DNA of 11,092 nt from Candidatus Nanohalobium sp. (GTDB taxonomy: Archaea; Nanohalarchaeota; Nanosalinia; Nanosalinales; Nanosalinaceae), in NCBI GenBank assembly GCA_042216335.1, contig JBDGTY010000042.1:1-11092 (forward strand), given 5' to 3'. The first letter of the stretch is position 1; every line of letters begins with the position of its first letter. The notes under the pieces were generated by a model. That model was given only the letters and a program-made list of their open reading frames with translations. It searched no databases and was not told where the DNA came from. Of the stretch, positions 1 to 5,798 are shown one piece after another. The position numbers and the translations under genes were made by a program.

Positions 1-59
1 TTGATTTCCTTGTTGAGAGGAAGCTGGAAAATAACGGTTTTGATTGTGTTCGTTTGTAA
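1..59 (+). pseudogene. Possible N-terminal fragment of a DUF5615 PIN-like toxin, inverted relative to the antitoxin
   Basis: Frame +3 reads DFLVERKLENNGFDCVRL* (TAA 57-59), resembling the segment after DEN(I/V) in DUF5615 proteins (xxxVxxxLxxxG(H/F)DVxxV). Only 18 aa are visible. Confidence 0.35.
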
Positions 60-229
60 CGGATGGCTTCTTCTACATCCTCTGTGTCGATTGTCGGGTA
101 TCTTCCGGCAATTTCCTCCGGCGTAAGTCCATCCTTGTAAAGTCCATAGAGAGTTCTAACCGGTATCCGAGTTCCTTCAACTCTTGGTTTGCCGTGAAGC
201 GTATCATCTGTTTTGACTATCTTAGACAT
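1..229 (-). CDS. DUF433-family HTH protein (putative antitoxin), 3'-partial, absent from the ORF track
   Basis: Manual translation from ATG 229: MSKIVKTDDTLHGKPRVEGTRIPVRTLYGLYKDGLTPEEIAGRYPTIDTEDVEEAIRYK... This matches the DUF433 pattern GKPxxxGTRIPV...GxxxEEIxxxYP...DVxxAxxY. No stop occurs before the window edge. Confidence 0.88.
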   Translation of the reverse strand, partial: MSKIVKTDDTLHGKPRVEGTRIPVRTLYGLYKDGLTPEEIAGRYPTIDTEDVEEAIRYKRTQSKPLFSSFLSTRKS

Positions 230-237
230 AGATAGTC
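215..237. promoter_or_regulatory. Perfect 8-bp inverted repeat straddling the DUF433 start codon (candidate operator)
   Basis: GACTATCT (215-222), 7-nt spacer, AGATAGTC (230-237). The minus-strand ATG (229-227) lies in the spacer. Confidence 0.45.
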
Positions 238-447
238 TGGACATCTGAATTATTTTATCAGTTGTGGTCGTCGAGTGTTTATACTGTGAAAGTCTGAAAG
301 AAGTCGATGACCAGATGAAACCTATAGTACAAGTTCCGGATTCGAAAAAGATTCCAGATCCAACATATCAACTCCTGACAGGAATAGAAATGCGAGGTAA
401 ATCAGGCTCTTAGAGCTGCTTTTTGAAGCAAATTTCGGAGAGGAATT

Positions 448-598
448 TGCGAGGGCAAGGATTCGAACCCTGGAACCCCTACGGGACAGCGCATTTGACG
501 GTCGAAGCTCGCTCACTGCTCGCTTCTTGAACCTCCATCTCTCTAGGGAGAAAGAGGTGTCCTCAACGCTGCGCCTTTGACCACTTGGCTACCCTCGC
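448..598 (-). tRNA. tRNA-Leu(GAG) with a 68-nt intron at position 37/38 (intron 493-560); CCA not encoded
   Basis: Acceptor stem GCGAGGG/CCCTCGC plus A73, D arm GCC..GGC, anticodon stem CAGCG/CGCTG with loop TT-GAG-G|G, long variable arm CCC-GTA-GGG, T arm CAGGG-TTCGAAT-CCTTG. BHB: TTGA (32-35) pairs with the intron 3' TCAA, with 3-nt bulges GG|A and AT|G. Confidence 0.96.
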
Positions 599-617
599 AT
601 TCTATCGGAATGCTGGT

Positions 618-645
618 GTCGGGAAAACTCATAAGAGTTTCCGAC
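618..645 (-). promoter_or_regulatory. Probable tRNA-Leu promoter (BRE/TATA) inside an imperfect palindrome
   Basis: Minus strand reads GTCGGAAACTC-TTAT-GAGTTTTCCCGAC: GAAA followed by CTTATG about 35 nt upstream of the mature tRNA 5' end. Confidence 0.5.
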
Positions 646-697
646 CCCTCGCCTGTGTAGAAATATAGTTACTGGTGAGTTTTTTAATTGGAGTTGT

Positions 698-1426
698 CTA
701 GGTTGCCCTGTCTATGCAGGGTGAGGGATGTCTTCCTTTATCAGGTGAGACATCCGGTTCGAGATGTTGCTCTATCTCCACTTCCTCAGTTTCCTCTTTA
801 TCGACTATGCTGTCGTAGAATCCTTCAACCGGCATATATTTCTGGCGGAAGTTTTCCGCGTCTTCACCGGTATCTGCCTCAACTATCTCATCGAACAGTT
901 CGCCGTGCTGCTCTCCATCGTACATACAGGCTCTGACAACCGTTGAGTTTTCAAACGATCTTCCTGAAAGTCCTATCAACTGTTTGCCTGTCTTCTCATC
1001 GTATATATCTCCGGCAAAGTAAGAGTCATCTTCTTCACTCCCTCTATACTCAGGAGAGATGTCTAGGTCGTTTTCTTCAGCAAAATCTTCGAGTTCATCT
1101 GCTAGAAGGTTGCCCCAGGCTCTCATGTATTCCACATGGTTCCTGGCTGCGTTATCGGGAACCCCCAGCATCAGGCACCTGCTCTCGGGAGAATGATACC
1201 ATGTATCTCCGCCGTCCTCCCTGGTCAACTCCATGGGATAAGCTGCGTCACCATCGACTTCTTCACCGAGGCCTGTCTCCCTCTCAGCATACCCTCTGAT
1301 GGCACTGGTGTGATCATGCTTGAGGCCGATTCTGTAAGGGCCGTCAACCTCAGACTCCTCAGCCGTCCTTCTGACAGACGCAAATATCTCACGTGGATCC
1401 TCAATCATCACTTCATCAAATTTCAT
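698..1426 (-). CDS. Divergent BPL/LplA/LipB-superfamily protein (lipoate ligase-like paralog), about 242 aa
   Basis: Likely start is ATG 1426 (MKFDEV), overlapping the end of lplA by 11 nt. Motifs are colinear with the neighbour: SAIRGY vs CVNLGY, TREDGGDTWYH vs RRQGGGGATFL, GDIYDEKTGKQLIG vs NDVVTEKGKISG. Confidence 0.65.
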   Translation of the reverse strand: MKFDEVMIEDPREIFASVRRTAEESEVDGPYRIGLKHDHTSAIRGYAERETGLGEEVDGDAAYPMELTREDGGDTWYHSPESRCLMLGVPDNAARNHVEYMRAWGNLLADELEDFAEENDLDISPEYRGSEEDDSYFAGDIYDEKTGKQLIGLSGRSFENSTVVRACMYDGEQHGELFDEIVEADTGEDAENFRQKYMPVEGFYDSIVDKEETEEVEIEQHLEPDVSPDKGRHPSPCIDRAT

Positions 1427-2162
1427 TGCGATACAACCATTCTCCATCCCTATACTTATCAGCTAACTCCTCCGCCCGTTCGACCTCAGAATCACTCAAC
1501 TCAGAGACCTCAAAGTCTCGGCCCTCCAGAAGCGCATCCTTCAGTGCCTGCTTCGCCTCATCGAAGGAAGCATCAGACTCCTTCCTGACTGATGAAACCC
1601 TTTCCCTGTAGTCCTCTACCTGTTTGCCCTTCTTCTTATCATCGCTAGGCGTCAGAAGGGAGAACATCTCCTCCGGATCCGCCTCGTAGATCAGTGTACC
1701 TCCGATGTAGACCACACCACCTTCTCTCTTCAGCGTGGCGCCGGAGATCTTACCTTTCTCCGTTACTACATCGTTGACGGGTTCGTGTTCCGCATCTATA
1801 CCTATCTGTTCCAGGCCTTCGGCAATCCTGCCGCAGACCTCCTCATAGATCCTGTTGACGTCGTCCGGGAACTTCTCTTCCGGTGCTACGATACCCCACG
1901 TGATCTCTCCTTCCGGTGTGAGGAACGTAGCGCCTCCTCCGCCCTGGCGCCTCACAAGCTCCACATCATCCCTTTTCTGGAACTCTTCTACATTCACTTC
2001 TTCCTCGAAAACCTGGGAATAACCGAGGTTGACGCACTTCCTGTCCCAGCCCGCAAGGAAGATTACAGTTTCTCCTGAATCTCTCGCTGATTCCATCAGA
2101 GCCTTATTGAGGCCTGTCTTGAAGTAAGGGCTGTAGCGTTTGAAGGGTATGAATCGGGTCAT
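1416..2162 (-). CDS. lplA: Lipoate-protein ligase A family, catalytic domain only (248 aa)
   Basis: RRxGGGG motif, PVND, catalytic Lys in KISG, GT(L/I). No C-terminal accessory domain. BRE/TATA-like GAAAAACTGTATAAC about 25 nt upstream. Confidence 0.9.
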   Translation of the reverse strand: MTRFIPFKRYSPYFKTGLNKALMESARDSGETVIFLAGWDRKCVNLGYSQVFEEEVNVEEFQKRDDVELVRRQGGGGATFLTPEGEITWGIVAPEEKFPDDVNRIYEEVCGRIAEGLEQIGIDAEHEPVNDVVTEKGKISGATLKREGGVVYIGGTLIYEADPEEMFSLLTPSDDKKKGKQVEDYRERVSSVRKESDASFDEAKQALKDALLEGRDFEVSELSDSEVERAEELADKYRDGEWLYRNEI

Positions 2163-2262
2163 GTTCCTGAATAGATTCTCTCATGTTATACAGTTTTTCC
2201 TGCCAGCAGGTTACATCCCGGTAGCTCACCGTCATTTAACTGACGCCGTCCAAGGAGAAAAC

Positions 2263-3177
2263 ATGGAACCAGAAGTCCAAGGACTCCACCACTTCACAGC
2301 CATCGCCGGCGACCCAACAGAAAACGCGAGGTTCTACGTCAACACACTCGGGATGCGGATGGTGAAGAAGACAGTAAACCACGACGCACCCAACGTCTAC
2401 CACCTGTTCTACGGCGACAGGAAGGGAACACCCGGAAGCAGCATAACTTTCTTCCCCGACATGACCGAAGAACAGGGAGAGATGGGTGCCGGGATGATAA
2501 CAGAGCTAGGCCTCAGGATACCCGAAAACTCGATGCAGTACTGGAGAGGAAGACTAGAAAACGAAGAAGTAGAGTTTGAAGAGGAGGAATGGTATGAGAG
2601 GGAAACACTCAGCTTTAGCGACCCCGACGGCCTTCCTCTCAGGCTTGTACCGGAGAAATCGGAGGAATTCGAGAAATGGGAGAAAAGCAAGGTTCCTGAA
2701 GAACACCAGGTACAGGGTATGCACCACGTCACTCTATCCGTTCACAGAAAGGATGATGTATCGCCGATACTCGAAGAACTAGGGCTTGAAGAGGCAGAAG
2801 AAAACCTTTTCGAGGCAGAGGACGGCTCCCGGGTAGAGGTAAAGGAGACAGACAAGCACGGCAGGATGGGGAAAGGCTCGGTGCACCATGTCGCGTTCAA
2901 GGCCGGAGACGAGGAAGAAGTAGAGAAAATGAGGGAGAAGCTGAAGTCCATGGGTATGCGTCCCTCACCAGCTATCAGCAGGAAGTACTTCACCTCCACC
3001 TATGCCAGGACGCCTTTCGGGATACTGTTCGAGTTCTCCAGCATGGGACCAGGCTACAACGCGGATGAGGACGTGGAAGAGCTTGGAGAGAACTTTGTGC
3101 TGCCGGAAAAACTCCAGGGACGGAGGGAGGAGATACTTGAAAACCTTCCAGAGTTCAGAGAGGAAGAGATAAAATGA
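2263..3177 (+). CDS. VOC-family ring-cleaving dioxygenase/glyoxalase (MhqA/MhqO-like), 304 aa
   Basis: GLHHFTAIAGD, FYxxxLGMRMVKKTVNHD, YHLFYGD..GTPG..ITFF, DPDGL, GSVHHVAF, RKYFxSxY, GILFE. The true start is probably ATG 2263 (TTTAAC at 2235-2240), not the TTG at 2140. Confidence 0.92.
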   Translation: MEPEVQGLHHFTAIAGDPTENARFYVNTLGMRMVKKTVNHDAPNVYHLFYGDRKGTPGSSITFFPDMTEEQGEMGAGMITELGLRIPENSMQYWRGRLENEEVEFEEEEWYERETLSFSDPDGLPLRLVPEKSEEFEKWEKSKVPEEHQVQGMHHVTLSVHRKDDVSPILEELGLEEAEENLFEAEDGSRVEVKETDKHGRMGKGSVHHVAFKAGDEEEVEKMREKLKSMGMRPSPAISRKYFTSTYARTPFGILFEFSSMGPGYNADEDVEELGENFVLPEKLQGRREEILENLPEFREEEIK

Positions 3178-3785
3178 GGGATGTACATGCAGACGGAGAA
3201 GTCCTGACAGCAGGATCAGATTTGAAAAATGCGGATAAAGCTGTTATAATGATACATGGAAGAGGCGCTACAGCTCACAGCATCATCCAGCTACACAGAC
3301 AGTTGCCGGACGCGGCTTTTATCGCTCCTCAGGCGGCGAACAGGGAATGGTATCCAAGAGGCTTTATGGAGCCTCGGGAGAGGAATCAGCCACACTTGGA
3401 CTCGGCGCTGAGAAGAGTCGACGAACTAGTGGAAAAAGCAGTGGGCGAAGTCGGAAAGGAAAATTTTTTCCTACTTGGATTTTCACAGGGCGCCTGTCTG
3501 GCCTCGGAGTACATGGCTTCCAACCCAGGGAAATACGGCGGGCTTTTCGCGTTGAGCGGCGGCCTGATAGGAGAAGAGATAAGAGAGTTCTCAGGCGACC
3601 TGGAAGAAACTTCCGTCTTCATCGGATGTGCCGAAAACGACCCACACATCCCCCTGGAGCGTGTCAACGAGACAGAGAAAGTCTTCCAGGGGCTGAATGC
3701 GGACGTGGAGAAATACATCTTCGAGGGCAGCCAGCACGGCATCGTCGACCACGAAATCGAAAGGATAAGGGAGTTGCTTGGCTAA
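3174..3785 (+). CDS. Alpha/beta hydrolase, phospholipase/carboxylesterase (MhqD-like)
   Basis: HGRG oxyanion motif, GFSQG nucleophile elbow, ENDP Asp, QHG His. ATGA overlap with the dioxygenase gene. Confidence 0.92.
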   Translation: MRDVHADGEVLTAGSDLKNADKAVIMIHGRGATAHSIIQLHRQLPDAAFIAPQAANREWYPRGFMEPRERNQPHLDSALRRVDELVEKAVGEVGKENFFLLGFSQGACLASEYMASNPGKYGGLFALSGGLIGEEIREFSGDLEETSVFIGCAENDPHIPLERVNETEKVFQGLNADVEKYIFEGSQHGIVDHEIERIRELLG

Positions 3786-3789
3786 AGAG

Positions 3790-4667
3790 TCAGTTTTTCC
3801 TCTTTCTTTCTGTCCAGACCATGGATTCGGTGTTGAAGTATGCACCGGTTTCTCCTTTGCTGTCCAGAACTATAAGTCCAGCTTCCTGCCCGTCTTATCC
3901 TCAAGATAATCGATGGCTTCGCGCGCAGCGTTTTCTGGAACCTTTCCTCTCTCTAAAACCTCTGCGCATCTTCGGGAGAGCGTCGATTTGATTATGGCCT
4001 CTCCTACTCCCGTGGCTGAGACAGCTGACGATTCGTTGCAGTAGGTTCCGTTGCCGGGCATAGGTGTATCGCCGACCCTTCCTGCCAGCTGGCCGTATCT
4101 CCCTCCTGTGGATGTGGCTGCTGCCATATCGCCGTTTCTGTCGATGGCTACTGCCCCCACAGTACCGTTTTGTTCTCTGTCCTTCAGTTCCCGGATTTTC
4201 TCCCTGTAGCTTAGATCTTCGAGATCATCCATCTGTTCGGAGTAGGCCTCCTTTTTAACCTCAGTCCTGAGATCAGCCTTTTCAAAGCCGTATTCCTCGG
4301 CGAAGTCCGCGGCCTGACAGCCTTTCAGCGCCACATGATGCGTTTCCTCCATGACCTTTCTGGCCACCGACACAGCATGCAGGAAACCGCCTTCAAGCCC
4401 TATAACAGCTCCTGCCTCGAGATCGGACGTCATCAGGGAAGCGTCCAGCCTTATCTCACCATCAGCCTGGAACTTGCCGCCTCTACCTGCGTTAAACACA
4501 GGTTCATCCTCTAGAAGCCTTACAGCATTTTCGACCATGTCAAGCGCATCGGAGAAATCGGAAGTTTGTGCGACTTCGTCAGCAACTTTTTCCAGTGCTT
4601 CCTGGGCATCTTCCTCCTTCTCTCCCCAGCTACCGGCCCCACCATGCAAGACAATTTTCGGCTCCAT
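3790..4667 (-). CDS. iaaA: Isoaspartyl peptidase/L-asparaginase (Ntn hydrolase, type 2), frameshifted near 3890
   Basis: LHGGAG, FNAGRG, LDASLM, G|TVGAVA nucleophile, TSTGG, GRVGDTP, SATGVGE. The ORF stops at 3870, but the conserved tail EAGLIVLDSKGETGAYFNTESMVWTERKRKN* continues in another frame to TGA at 3790. Confidence 0.9.
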
Positions 4668-5185
4668 CAGTACTTCGGGCTCTTCTCATCAACATCTTCC
4701 AGGAAGTTTTCGTGACGCGCCATAAGGAAGAACAGGTCGCTCAAACGGTTGATATACGCCAGGACCTCTTCACGCAGTTCTTCATCATGGTCAAGCTCCA
4801 CAATCTTCCTCTCAGCTCTCCGGGCCACTGAACGGGCCTGATGCAGATGCGCCGCGCTTTTGCATCCTCCAGCGAGGACGAAGTTTTTCAGCGGCGGGCA
4901 CTCCTCCTGATACCTGTCGCACAACTTTTCTAACCTTTCAGTATTTTCATCCGTCACCTTGACATCGGGCTCTCTGTTCGCCAGTTCCGCCTGGAGGATG
5001 TGGAGCTCGTTCTGAATCTCCTCTAACTCTTCTTCTTTGTCTTCTGTGTAGCTTCTGCATAGGCCTGTAAGCGAGTTCAGTTCGTCGACTGTGCCGTAGG
5101 CTTCGATCCTCTCAGAGCTTTTGGAAACTCTTTCCCCCGAACTCAGGTCGGTCCTGCCGCGGTCACCTCTTCCCGTGTATACCAT
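4667..5185 (-). CDS. pduO: ATP:cob(I)alamin adenosyltransferase, PduO type
   Basis: YTGRGDRGRT, RVSK, AYGTVDELNS, FVLAGG, LHQARSVARRAER, YINRLSDLFF. TGATG overlap with the asparaginase gene. Confidence 0.95.
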   Translation of the reverse strand: MVYTGRGDRGRTDLSSGERVSKSSERIEAYGTVDELNSLTGLCRSYTEDKEEELEEIQNELHILQAELANREPDVKVTDENTERLEKLCDRYQEECPPLKNFVLAGGCKSAAHLHQARSVARRAERKIVELDHDEELREEVLAYINRLSDLFFLMARHENFLEDVDEKSPKY

Positions 5186-5204
5186 AACCTATTTTTGGGT
5201 AGCC

Positions 5205-5235
5205 AGAAATTTAAGCGAATGTTACTTAAGAGTAA
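5205..5235. promoter_or_regulatory. Divergent promoter region
   Basis: Minus-strand CTTAAATT about 25 nt before the pduO ATG (5185). Plus-strand CTTAAG (5225-5230) 25 nt before ATG 5256, inside the small palindrome TTACT-TAAG-AGTAA (5222-5235). Confidence 0.55.
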
Positions 5236-5255
5236 TTTCAGTCACTTTCCCTCAC

Positions 5256-5798
5256 ATGTAGAGTTTTGAACAGGAGGATTTCGAGATTGAGGAGGTTCAC
5301 GGAGTCGGCGGAGAGTACGGCACCAGTACCTGGCCTTATAGAGTCTTTGAGGCCGGGGAAGTAGGGCAGTACACGGATTCGGATTCCACGATCCTGTCCT
5401 CAGGAACTATCATGGGAGATGGCTGTTCCGCACTGGCTGTATACGACCAGGAGAACGAGAAGGCTTACCTGCTTCACTGTCCTGTACCCGAGGTAGAAGA
5501 ATTCAACAGTGAAGAGATAGTCGGAAAAGCATTCTCAAGATTCTTCTACGAGAACGTAGAGTCCGTAGGATCGTCCGACTACTACATAGTGACCTCCTTC
5601 CACGACATAGACGACTACCTTGACAACGAACTGACCGACCCCAGCAAAAAAGCCATCCTCGGATCCTACGAGACAGCAGAACTAACAGTTAACCCTCCAC
5701 AACAGCCAGACATCAACGTGAGAATCAGGGAAAAAGAGGTCGCACACACAGCCACATCACAGGATAAATATAGCTCCGACAGAAAAACTGCAACATGA
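5256..5798 (+). pseudogene. CheD/CNF1/YfiH-like Cys-His hydrolase (deamidase fold) with an in-frame TAG at codon 2
   Basis: ATG 5256 and TAG 5259 are in frame with ORF 5412-5798, and the frame is open and acidic from 5262. VFEAGEV...TILSSGTIMGDGCSALAVYDQENEKAYLLHC has the CheD-type C-x16-H spacing. Confidence 0.6.

Noticed and set aside
391-397. TGCGAGG matching the tRNA-Leu 3' end as a possible att repeat
   Set aside because: Only 7 bp and 57 nt away, which is compatible with chance.
315-413. 32-codon plus-strand ORF MKPIVQVPDSKK...
   Set aside because: Too short, with no recognisable motif.
44-516. Track ORFs 44-235 (+) and 322-516 (-)
   Set aside because: The first is the antisense shadow of the DUF433 gene and the second overlaps the tRNA. 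Neither has the acidic composition of real genes here.
507-518. GCTCGCTCACTG resembling AAV ITR or ColE1 origin motifs
   Set aside because: Short match explained by the intron hairpin. No vector or Rep context.
527-530. Second TCAA inside the intron as an alternative BHB or nested intron
   Set aside because: After a 3-nt bulge the next base is G, which cannot pair with G31, so the anticodon stem would not be restored.
2140-2262. N-terminal extension of the dioxygenase from TTG 2140
   Set aside because: It overlaps the divergent lplA start and both promoters. Family similarity starts at Met 2263.
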